Of a DNA stretch of 23,135 nucleotides, positions 15,460-23,135 are shown piece by piece (position 1 is the first letter of the stretch; the number at the start of each line of letters is the position of its first letter). The stretch lies in assembly GCA_031459625.1 (NCBI GenBank), contig JAVKIH010000025.1, positions 1 to 23,135 on the forward strand. The letters are read 5' to 3'. The notes beneath the pieces are model-generated. The model was not told the DNA's origin. It worked only from the letters and a program-made list of their open reading frames with translations, and did not search any database. A program made the translations under genes and the position numbers. The stretch comes from Candidatus Geohabitans tengchongensis. Lineage in GTDB: Bacteria > Sysuimicrobiota > Sysuimicrobiia > Sysuimicrobiales > Humicultoraceae.

Positions 15460-18400
15460 TCAGCCGGCCAGCGCCGGCGCCGTCGGACGGTCGCTCAGGC
15501 GCACCGAGAGCACGGTGGAGACGCCGGGCTCCTGCATCGTCACCCCGTACAGCACGTCGGCGACCTCCATCGTCCCCTTGTTGTGGGTGATGATGACGAT
15601 CTGGGTGCGCTCGGCCAGGTCGCGCAGCAGCGTGGTGAAGCGGCGGGTGTTGGCGTCGTCGAGCGCGGCCTCGACCTCGTCGAAGACGCAGAACGGGCTC
15701 GGGTGGACGCGCAGCATGGCGAACAGCAGGCTGAGCGCCACCAGCACGCGCTCCCCGCCGGAGAGCATCCCCAGCGGCCGCATCGCCTTGCCGGGGAGGC
15801 GCACGACCACCTCGAGCCCCGGCTCGGCGCTCCCCTCCGTCCCCTCTGCCCCCTCGGGGTCTGCGGGCTGCACGAGCTCGAGGCGGGCTTCGCCGCCCTC
15901 GAAGAGGCGCACGAAGAGGCGCCCGAACTCGGCGGAGACCGCCTCGAAGGTCTCCCGGAAGCGCACCCGCAGCACCCCGTCCAGGTGGGCCACCAGGCGC
16001 AGGAGGGTGGCGCGCGCTTCGTGCAGGTCGTCCACCTGCCCTTCGAGCACGGCGATGCGCGCGGCCAGCTGCTCCTGCTCCTCGATGGCCCGCAGGTTCA
16101 CGGCGCCGAGGGCCGCCACGAGCCCGCGCAGCGCCTCGAGCCGCCCCTGCGCCTCCTCCCGCGGCAGCGGCAGGCGCACGTCCGCCACCGCCTCCCACGT
16201 CGTGCCGAGGTCCTCGCGCACGCGGCGCAGGAGCGTCTCCCACTCCGCCGCGGCCTGGGCGGCGCGCACCTCCAGGCGGTGGAGGGCCCCCTCCGCTTCG
16301 TGCACCTCCGCTTCGAGCCCCTTCACAGTCTCCTGGGCGGCCGCCTGGGCGGAGGCCGCCTCCGCCCGCTCCGCCTCGAGCGCCTCGAGGCGCATGCGCA
16401 GCGCCTCGGCCCCGGCGACGAGCTCGTCGCGGCCGCGCTCCACCTCGGCCAGCTCGGCGGCCAGGTCGCGGCTGCTCTCGGCCAGCAGGCCCGCTCCCTC
16501 CAGCAGTCTGGCGTGGCGACGGGCCAGGGTCTCGCGCGCGCGGGTGAAGTCCTCGCGCCGCTGGCGGAGCCCCTCCAGCCGGGCCTCCAGCTCGGCCAGG
16601 CGCAGCCGCAGGCGCTCGACGTGGGCCCGGTCCTGCTCCACCGCCCGCTCCGCCGCGTCCAGGGCCCGCTCTGCCACCGCCAGGGCCTCGGCGGCGGCCG
16701 CCGCCTCCTCTCCGGCAGCGGCGACCTCGTCGGCCAGCGCCGCACGCGTGCGACGCACCTCCTCGACCTGCGCCTGCAGGCCCTGCGCGTCGCTGCGGGC
16801 CTCTGCGGCTGCGGAGGGCAGGTGCGCGCGCTCGCGCCGGACCGCCTCCAGGTGGGCGGCCGCCTCCGCCACCTCCCGCTCCAGCGCCGCCACCTCCTGA
16901 TCGGCTGCAGAGAGTGCTGCCGCGGCATCCTCCAGGGCCCGCACGGCGGCCCCGCGCGCGGCTTCCGCATCCGCGTACGCCGCGCGTGCCTGCGCGAGCT
17001 CCCGCTCCGCTTCGGCCAGCAGGTCCTGCCGGCCCAGGAGGTCCCGCCGGCCCGGGACACCCTGCCGGCCCGGGAGGTCCTGCCGGCCCGGCGGCGAGGC
17101 GTCGACTGCGGCCCCACCGCTCACGGTGACGGCCCCGTCGGGCCAGAGGACCTCGCCGGCCACCGTGGCCACGGGACCGGGCCACTGCCGGCGGACGATT
17201 CGTGCAGCGTCCAGCGTCTCGGCGATCAGGGCGTCGCCGAGCAGCGCAGCCACGGCGCGGTCCGCCGGTGGCGGGGCGCTGACGAAGGCCACCGCCGGGC
17301 CCAGCAGGCCGGACACCTGAGGAAGCTCACTGGTGGTCGTCTGAGGGTGCACATCGGCGGACCGAGGGCGCAGATCGGCGAGCGGCAGGAAGGTCGCGTT
17401 CACCCCCACGCGGCGTGCGGCGGCCACGGCGGGCGCGGCGGCGGCGAAGTCGGCGGTCATCAGAGCGAAGAGGCGCGGGCCCAGCACGGCCTCCACCGCC
17501 GCCCGCGCCCGGGCGTCCACCGTCACCTGCTCGGCCAACAGCCCGAGGAGCCCCGCGCGGGTGACCTCGTCCATCGCCTGCAGCAGGGCACGGGCCTCGC
17601 CCTCTGCACCGGTCGGGCCCGCCTCCTGCAGCGCCTGGAGGCGCGACTCCAGGCGCTCCACCGCCACCTCGGCCGCCCGCGACCGGGCCTCCGCGGCCCG
17701 CAGCGCCGCCTCCGCCTCTGCCCGTGCCGCCTCCCGCGCCGCCCGCGCCGTGCGGGCGGCGGCCAGGTACTCCTCCGCGTGATGCAGGCGCTCTGCCGCC
17801 GCGCCTTCCGCGTCGGCGGCCTGCGCCGCCCGCGCTTCGGCCCGCCGGAGCCGCTCCAGGGCCGCCTCGGCCTGGCGCGCGAGCGCCTCCAGGGCGGCGT
17901 CCGCCGCCGCCAGCCGCTCAGCGGCCTGGCGCTGCCGCTGGACCGCCGCCTCACGGCGGGCCTGCGCCTCCTCCACCGCCCGTCGCAGCGCTGGCCGCAG
18001 GTCGGGAGCTCCGGGCTCCCCCGGGGCCAGTACCGACAGCTGCGCCCCGATGGGGTCGCCCGTCATCCCGCCGCCGGGAGTCCCGCCCATCTCCGGCGTA
18101 CCGGGACGGGAGGAGAGCTGGGCGCGCAGCGCCTCGGCGGCGCGCTCCGCCTCCCCTCGGGCGTGCTCGAGCGCCGCCAGCGCCTCCTCGACCTGGGCCA
18201 GCTCCTCGGCCGCCTGGGCCGCCTCGGCCCGCAGGCGCGATTCCTCGCGCTGCTGCTCCTCCAGGCGCCGGCGGGCGCGCTCCACGCCCGCGTCTGCCGC
18301 CGCGCGGTGTTCCGTCAGCGTCAACCGCTCCTGCTGCAGCGCCTCCCACTGGCGGGCCAGCACCTCGCGACGGGCGGCCAGCGCCTCGGCCGCCTTGAGC

Positions 18401-19194
18401 GCCTGCGCCGCGCGGGCGGTGACCTCGTCCAGGCGGGTCCGAGCCGAGGCGACCTGGGCGGCCAGGCGCCGCTGCGCCTGTTGCAGCCGGCGTCCCTCGT
18501 CGGCGAGGAGCCCCTGCTCCAGGGCGGCGATCTCCGCGGTGTAGTCCCGGTACTGCCGCGCCGCCGCGGCCTGCTCGGCCAGGTGGGCGTGCTGTGCCCG
18601 CAGCTCCCCGAGCAGGTCGCCGAGGCGCTGCAGGTGCTGGGCGGCGTGCTCCAGCCGCCGCAGGCTCTCGGCGCGGCGGCGCTTGTAGCGGGCCAGGCCG
18701 GCCGCCTCCTCCAGCCACAGGCGCCGCTCCTGGGGGGAGGCGTTGAGGACGGCGTCCACCTCGCCCTGGCCCACCATGGCGTAGGAGCGCCCGCCCAGCC
18801 CCGTCCCCAGGAAGAGCATCTGGATGTCCCGCAGGCGGCAGGGGACGCGGTTGAGCAGGAACTCGCTCTCCCCGCCCCGGGTGGCGCGGCGCGTGACGCT
18901 GATCTCGCTGAAGTCGAGGGGCAGCGCCCGGTCGGCGTTGTCCAGGGTGAGGGTGACCTCGGCCAGGCCGTGGGCGCGCCGCCCCTCGCTGCCGGCGAAG
19001 ATGATGTCCTCGGTGCGGGCCCCGCGCAGCGCCCGCACGTTGGGCTCCCCGAGGGCCCAGCGCACCGCGTCCTGCAGGTTGCTCTTGCCGCTGCCGTTGG
19101 GGCCGACGATGGCGGTGATCCCGGGGGAGAACTCGACCACCGTGCGGTCGGCGAAGGTCTTGAACCCCGCGAGCTCGAGGCGCTTCAGGTACAT
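15460..19194 (-). CDS. smc: Chromosome segregation protein SMC (1244 aa)
   Basis: MYLKRLEL.GFKTFAD, Walker A GPNGSGKSN, DIIF.GS, Q-loop GQGEV, hinge ..LG..TFLPL, LSGGE, FDEVEAALD, ITH. GAGGAGG SD before ATG 19194. Confidence 0.96.
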   Translation of the reverse strand: MYLKRLELAGFKTFADRTVVEFSPGITAIVGPNGSGKSNLQDAVRWALGEPNVRALRGARTEDIIFAGSEGRRAHGLAEVTLTLDNADRALPLDFSEISVTRRATRGGESEFLLNRVPCRLRDIQMLFLGTGLGGRSYAMVGQGEVDAVLNASPQERRLWLEEAAGLARYKRRRAESLRRLEHAAQHLQRLGDLLGELRAQHAHLAEQAAAARQYRDYTAEIAALEQGLLADEGRRLQQAQRRLAAQVASARTRLDEVTARAAQALKAAEALAARREVLARQWEALQQERLTLTEHRAAADAGVERARRRLEEQQREESRLRAEAAQAAEELAQVEEALAALEHARGEAERAAEALRAQLSSRPGTPEMGGTPGGGMTGDPIGAQLSVLAPGEPGAPDLRPALRRAVEEAQARREAAVQRQRQAAERLAAADAALEALARQAEAALERLRRAEARAAQAADAEGAAAERLHHAEEYLAAARTARAAREAARAEAEAALRAAEARSRAAEVAVERLESRLQALQEAGPTGAEGEARALLQAMDEVTRAGLLGLLAEQVTVDARARAAVEAVLGPRLFALMTADFAAAAPAVAAARRVGVNATFLPLADLRPRSADVHPQTTTSELPQVSGLLGPAVAFVSAPPPADRAVAALLGDALIAETLDAARIVRRQWPGPVATVAGEVLWPDGAVTVSGGAAVDASPPGRQDLPGRQGVPGRRDLLGRQDLLAEAERELAQARAAYADAEAARGAAVRALEDAAAALSAADQEVAALEREVAEAAAHLEAVRRERAHLPSAAAEARSDAQGLQAQVEEVRRTRAALADEVAAAGEEAAAAAEALAVAERALDAAERAVEQDRAHVERLRLRLAELEARLEGLRQRREDFTRARETLARRHARLLEGAGLLAESSRDLAAELAEVERGRDELVAGAEALRMRLEALEAERAEAASAQAAAQETVKGLEAEVHEAEGALHRLEVRAAQAAAEWETLLRRVREDLGTTWEAVADVRLPLPREEAQGRLEALRGLVAALGAVNLRAIEEQEQLAARIAVLEGQVDDLHEARATLLRLVAHLDGVLRVRFRETFEAVSAEFGRLFVRLFEGGEARLELVQPADPEGAEGTEGSAEPGLEVVVRLPGKAMRPLGMLSGGERVLVALSLLFAMLRVHPSPFCVFDEVEAALDDANTRRFTTLLRDLAERTQIVIITHNKGTMEVADVLYGVTMQEPGVSTVLSVRLSDRPTAPALAG
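17021..17092. repeat. Four in-frame 18-bp tandem repeats in smc (PGRQDL/PGRQGV/PGRRDL/LGRQDL)
   Basis: aggtcctgccggcccagg / aggtcccgccggcccggg / acaccctgccggcccggg / aggtcctgccggcccggc. Confidence 0.9.
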
Positions 19195-19286
19195 CCCGGC
19201 CTCCTCCTCGCCCGCCCGCGCTTGTCGGCCCGGCGGGGCGGGCGCCCCTGCTGCGACGGCGGCCGCCGCTCCTGTGGAGCGGCGAC

Positions 19287-20477
19287 CTAGGAACGGTGGG
19301 GCGCGTCGACGCGCGTGCGCCTCAGGACCTCCTCGTAGAGCGCCGCCAGCCGGGCGGCCACGGCCGGCGTGGCATAGGCCCGCGCGGCCTCCCGCGCGCG
19401 GGCCCCCATCTGCGCGCGCCGCTCGGGGTCGGCCAGCAGGCCCCGCACGGCCGCGGCCAGCGCCGCGGGGTCGGGCTCCACCACGAGCCCGGTCACCCCG
19501 TACGTCACCACCTCGGGGGCGCCGCCGCGCGCGACCGCCACGACCGGCGTACCCGCGGCCATCGCCTCCACCAGCACGAGGCCCTGCGTCTCGGTCTGGG
19601 ACGCAAAGACGAAGAGGTCGGCCGCGGCCATCGCCGCCAGGGCCTCCTCGTGCGGCAGGGCGCCGGTGAAGCGGACGCGCCCGCCCAGCGCCAGGTCGGC
19701 AGCCAGCGCCTCGAGCCCGCCCCGGCTGGGGCCGTCGCCGACAATGAGCAGATACGCCTCCTGCCCGTCGACAACCTGCCGGAAGGCGCGCAGCACCTGC
19801 TCCACCGACTTCTCCGGGGCCAGCCGGCTGACGGTGACGAGGAGCGGGGCCCAGCCTGGGGCGAGCCGCGCCCGTGCCGCCGCCCGGTCGATGGCGCCGA
19901 TGGCCTCCACGTCCACCCCGGACGACGGCATCACGGTGACCGGCGTCCCGACGCCCTGGGCGCGGAGGAGGTCGGCCACGTAGCGCGACGGGGCGATGAT
20001 GTGGTGGCAGCGCCGGGCGAAGGCCGCCGTGTAGCGCAGCACGAGGCGGCGGCTGAGCGCCGGGTGCACCCACGGCACGTAGTGGACGTACTCGTGGTAG
20101 AGGGTGTGGTGGGTGAAGACGACCGGCGCGCGCAGCCGCCGCGCCACCCCCAGCGCCAGCCGGCCGACGATGAAGGGCGAGTGCGCGTGCACCACCGCCA
20201 CCCCGGCGGCGGCCAGGGTCCGGGCCACCCGCCGGCGGGCCGGCAGGGCCAGGGGGAAGTCCGGCTGCCCCGGCGGCAGGAAGGACGGCAACCGCAGCAC
20301 GTCCGGCTCGGTGTCGGTGTGGCCGGGGTAGCGCGGGGCCACCACGAGGACGCGGTGACCGGTGGCCCGCAAGGCGGCGGTGAGCGAGCGCACGGCGTGC
20401 ACGACCCCGCTCACGCGTGGGACGTAGGACTCCGTGACCATGGCCACGGTGAGGCGGTGCGGAGGGGCGGCGGACAC
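19287..20477 (-). CDS. GT-B glycosyltransferase family 4 (diacylglycerol glucosyltransferase-like)
   Basis: TESY.P.VSGV, H.HSPF..G, T.HTLY.EY.HY, SRLAPEK, VGDGP, F.F.SQTETQGLVLVEAMAAG.PVV. Confidence 0.9.
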   Translation of the reverse strand: MSAAPPHRLTVAMVTESYVPRVSGVVHAVRSLTAALRATGHRVLVVAPRYPGHTDTEPDVLRLPSFLPPGQPDFPLALPARRRVARTLAAAGVAVVHAHSPFIVGRLALGVARRLRAPVVFTHHTLYHEYVHYVPWVHPALSRRLVLRYTAAFARRCHHIIAPSRYVADLLRAQGVGTPVTVMPSSGVDVEAIGAIDRAAARARLAPGWAPLLVTVSRLAPEKSVEQVLRAFRQVVDGQEAYLLIVGDGPSRGGLEALAADLALGGRVRFTGALPHEEALAAMAAADLFVFASQTETQGLVLVEAMAAGTPVVAVARGGAPEVVTYGVTGLVVEPDPAALAAAVRGLLADPERRAQMGARAREAARAYATPAVAARLAALYEEVLRRTRVDAPHRS

Positions 20478-20742
20478 GGCGGATGCGATCGGGACGCTCC
20501 TCTCAGGATCCGGCGCTGTGTGAATCCGGCCCTGCTAGGTTCGGGGGCGGGCCGGCCGCTCCCTGGCCGCTGCGGTTCCCCGACCGCTGTGCGCGGCTCC
20601 AGCCAGGCGCGGCCACAGGCAGCTGCGGCACCACCTCCGCCTCCATCCGACGCATCCGCGGATCCGTCGAAGGGCAGAAGGGATGGCCGGCACGCCCGGG
20701 AAAAGCTAACCTCGGCTTCCCCAATCAGAGTCGAGGGTGGCG

Positions 20743-21063
20743 ATGGCGCGGCCGGAGATCCTGCGCCGGATCTGGCGCTGGTACTGGGCGTTGCTCCTGG
20801 CGAACGCACTCGACCTGCTCTTCACCTACACGGCGGTCGAGCGCGGCGTCGAGGAGGCCAACGTCCTGCTGCGGCCCATCCTGCTCACCCCCTGGCCGGC
20901 CGTGGCCAAGTTCACGGCGCTCGGCCTGCTGGCCGGTGGGCTGCTCCTGCTGGTCTGGCAGGGCGGCCGGGCGGGGCGCGTGCTGGTGATGGTGCGGGCC
21001 ACAGCGCTCGTCTACCTGCTGGTCGTCGGCTTCCACCTCCTGGGCCTGCTCCTCACGACGTAG
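20743..21063 (+). CDS. Small membrane protein, DUF5658-like
   Basis: Three hydrophobic segments and an N.LD...T......G..EAN pattern. Its stop lies 1 nt before the next gene. Confidence 0.7.
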   Translation: MARPEILRRIWRWYWALLLANALDLLFTYTAVERGVEEANVLLRPILLTPWPAVAKFTALGLLAGGLLLLVWQGGRAGRVLVMVRATALVYLLVVGFHLLGLLLTT

Positions 21064-21064
21064 C

Positions 21065-22048
21065 GTGACCCTGCGCTGGGGCATCCTCAGCACCGCACGC
21101 ATCGGGGTGCGCCGGGTGATCCCGGCCATTCTGCGCACCCCGCGCTGCGCCGTCGTGGCCGTGGCCAGCCGCGACCCGACCCGGGCCCGCGAGGTGGCCG
21201 ACCGCTTCGCCATCCCCCGGGTCCACGCCGGCTACCAGGCCCTCCTCGACGACCCCGAGGTGGACGCTGTCTACAACCCGCTCCCCAACAGCCTCCACGC
21301 CCCCTGGACGACCCGGGCCCTCGACGCCGGCAAGCACGTCCTGTGCGAGAAGCCGCTCGCCCTCGACGCCCGGGAGGCCCAGGCGATGGCCGACGCGGCG
21401 CGGACAGCGAGACGGGTCCTGCTGGAGGCCTTCATGTACCGCTTCCACCCGCAGGTGGAGCGGATGGTCGCGCTGGTGCGCGAGGGCGCCGTCGGCCGGC
21501 CGTGGCTGGTGCGGGCGGCCTTCACCTTCACCGTGCACAGCCCCGACGACATCCGGCTGCGCGCCGACCTGGGCGGCGGCGGGCTCATGGACGTGGGGTG
21601 CTACGGGGTGAACGCGAGCCGCCTAGTGCTGGGCGAGCCGGTGTGGGCCCGGGCGGCGGCGCAGGTGGAGGGCGACGTGGACGTGCGCCTGGCCGCCCTG
21701 CTGGGCTTCCCGGGTGGCGCGGCGGCCCAGGTGGACTGCGGGCTGCGCGCACCCTACCGCCAGAGTGTGGAGGTCGTCGGGGAGGAGGGCACGATCACGC
21801 TGGCGCGCCCCTTCCAGCCGGAAGAAGAGCCCACGGTGGTCCACCTGCGCCGAGGCGACGAGGGGATGCCCATCGAGATTTCGGGGACCAACCAGTACGT
21901 GCGCATGGTCGAGCACTTCACCGCCTGCGCGCTCGACGGCCTTCCCCCGCGCTTCCCTCCGGAGGAGGCCGTCCAGAACATGCGGGCGATCGACCTGATC
22001 CGTGCAGCGGCGGGGCTGGGAGCGCCGGGACGCGGCCCGGCGCCGTGA
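21065..22048 (+). CDS. Gfo/Idh/MocA family oxidoreductase
   Basis: RWGILSTARIG, LLDDPEVDAVY.PLPN.LH, GKHVLCEKPLA, EAFMYRFHP, GGGGLMDVGCY. Confidence 0.93.
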   Translation: MTLRWGILSTARIGVRRVIPAILRTPRCAVVAVASRDPTRAREVADRFAIPRVHAGYQALLDDPEVDAVYNPLPNSLHAPWTTRALDAGKHVLCEKPLALDAREAQAMADAARTARRVLLEAFMYRFHPQVERMVALVREGAVGRPWLVRAAFTFTVHSPDDIRLRADLGGGGLMDVGCYGVNASRLVLGEPVWARAAAQVEGDVDVRLAALLGFPGGAAAQVDCGLRAPYRQSVEVVGEEGTITLARPFQPEEEPTVVHLRRGDEGMPIEISGTNQYVRMVEHFTACALDGLPPRFPPEEAVQNMRAIDLIRAAAGLGAPGRGPAP

Positions 22049-22122
22049 GACTCCCGCTGCGGGCGGTCGCCAGTCCCCCGCGGCCAGCTGGATAGGAGGT
22101 AACGGCCGACCGTAGTGGCGCG

Positions 22123-22503
22123 CTATCGGTCAGGGAACTGGTGGTGGACCGAGCCGAGGGCCGCCTGGACCGACTCGTAGATGGGCATGAGCTCGACTAC
22201 GCCGGCGATCTCCAGGATGCGCCGGGCCGACTCGCCGCGCGGGGCGACGACCATCAGGCGCTGCCGGGTAGTGGCCAGCCGCTCGGCAAAGCGCAGGAGC
22301 GCGTGCACGCCCTTGCTGTCGAAGTAGGCCGTCCCGGCCAGCGAGACGATGACGCCGTGGCGGTCGGTGCGGGCGGCCCGCTCCAGGACTCGCTCGAACT
22401 CCCGCACGTTGGTCAGGTCGAGGTCGCCGCGCACCTCCACCAGGGGAATCCCCTCGACGAACGTGCTGGTAAACCCTCCCTGCACGGCGGGCATCCCGCT
22501 CAC
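22123..22503 (-). CDS. STAS-domain anti-sigma factor antagonist (RsbV/SpoIIAA-like)
   Basis: VEVRGDLDL, YFDSKG (phospho-Ser motif), RRILEIAG, IYESV..AL. Confidence 0.85.
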   Translation of the reverse strand: MSGMPAVQGGFTSTFVEGIPLVEVRGDLDLTNVREFERVLERAARTDRHGVIVSLAGTAYFDSKGVHALLRFAERLATTRQRLMVVAPRGESARRILEIAGVVELMPIYESVQAALGSVHHQFPDR

Positions 22504-22552
22504 CCCCTGCGCGGTCTTCCACCCCTCCAGGTACCTTCCGACCCTCCCTCCG

Positions 22553-23135
22553 TCAAGGGTCCGCAGGACGGGCGCCCGCGCCCGTGAGCGCGATGTCGAC
22601 CCGCACCGTCGTGCCGGTCTCCCCCCGCTCGATGGTGACGCGGTCCGCCAGTGCCCGCATCAAGGCAAGCCCCCGACCGCGGCCCTCCTCGCGGGGCGTG
22701 CGCCATCGCCCCACGTCCCGCACCTCCACGGTCAAGAGCCCCTCGGCCAGGGACGCACGCAGGTGGATGGGCCCGCCCGCCGGGCCGTAGGCGTGCTCGA
22801 TGATGTTGCTCACCGCCTCCGAGACGGCCACCTGCACCCCCAACATCTGCCGCCGGTCCAGCCCGGCCTCGGCGGCCAGCCGGCTGACGGCCTGCCGGGC
22901 GATGCGGACGGCGGACGGCTTGGCCGGGAGGGTGAGGCGGAGGCCGTCGAGGACGATGGGCTGCACGCGCAGGACGACCACCGCGACGTCGTCGCGCGCC
23001 TCCTCGTGACGGAGGAGGGCGTGCTGGATGGCCGCAGCGGCCTGCCCGCCGGGTGCGCGCGCCTGGTCGCCGACCACCCCCATCAGCCGCCGCAGCCCCT
23101 CGGTGAGGTTGCGCGTGGCCTCCACCAGCCCGTCG
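22553..23135 (-). CDS. SpoIIE/PP2C phosphatase fused to RsbW-like HATPase_c (5' end outside window)
   Basis: PP2C C-terminal motifs DGLVE...RDDVAVVVL, then AVSEAVSNIIEHAY, VEVRDVGRW, GRGL.LM..L.D, GTTV. Confidence 0.85.
   Translation of the reverse strand, partial: DGLVEATRNLTEGLRRLMGVVGDQARAPGGQAAAAIQHALLRHEEARDDVAVVVLRVQPIVLDGLRLTLPAKPSAVRIARQAVSRLAAEAGLDRRQMLGVQVAVSEAVSNIIEHAYGPAGGPIHLRASLAEGLLTVEVRDVGRWRTPREEGRGRGLALMRALADRVTIERGETGTTVRVDIALTGAGARPADP

Noticed and set aside
17021..17092. CRISPR array (also the repeats at 13822-13881 and 10192-10263)
   Set aside because: Head-to-tail short units with no spacers, and no cas genes.
15235..19290. 1351-aa plus-strand ORF, and similar long ORFs such as 111-1514, 1699-3666, 10489-13455 and 19296-21068
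   Set aside because: Antisense or alternate-frame shadows of recognisable genes, expected at this GC content, with no protein motifs.
19195..20073. 293-aa N-terminal extension of SMC in the ORF track
   Set aside because: It overlaps the GT4 gene in another frame; the true start MYLKRLEL has a strong SD.
20500..20730. SRP RNA, 6S RNA or cobalamin riboswitch
   Set aside because: Only a short resemblance (CTAGCAGGGCCGGATTC on the minus strand). The SRP S-domain motif and the conserved riboswitch boxes are not present.
22094..22101. Strong SD-like AGGAGGT between convergent genes
   Set aside because: No start codon at a suitable distance.

Overview
Very GC-rich bacterial chromosome segment, mostly one minus-strand housekeeping cluster read right to left: GT4 glycosyltransferase, smc, ftsY, [sigma70 promoter + operator-like palindrome], ylxM, RsmC/YbxB-like methyltransferase, ffh, rpsP, khpA, ylqD, rimM, trmD, rplS, lepB, rnhB, yraN, [3-gene interruption], comM (frameshifted), dprA, topA (runs off the left edge). 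The right end has a DUF5658-like membrane protein, a Gfo/Idh/MocA oxidoreductase and part of a partner-switching module (SpoIIE/RsbW-like fusion + STAS). Gene order is Firmicutes-like, but the lineage cannot be fixed from sequence alone. The most unusual element lies in the yraN-comM interruption: an IS256/Mutator-type DDE catalytic core with an intact-looking D-D-E triad, no N-terminal DNA-binding region and no IS ends, fused via a Pro/Glu linker to a C-terminal membrane anchor. It is a candidate domesticated, membrane-tethered nuclease inside the transformation/recombination cluster. Also notable: comM is broken by an exact 10-bp tandem duplication near its domain boundary; a 25-codon RAGP/RPP-rich mini-ORF is translationally coupled at both ends inside the SRP operon; an inverted pair of -35-like boxes precedes ylxM; and topA has a multi-stem 5' leader. 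All calls are by eye, with no database searches.
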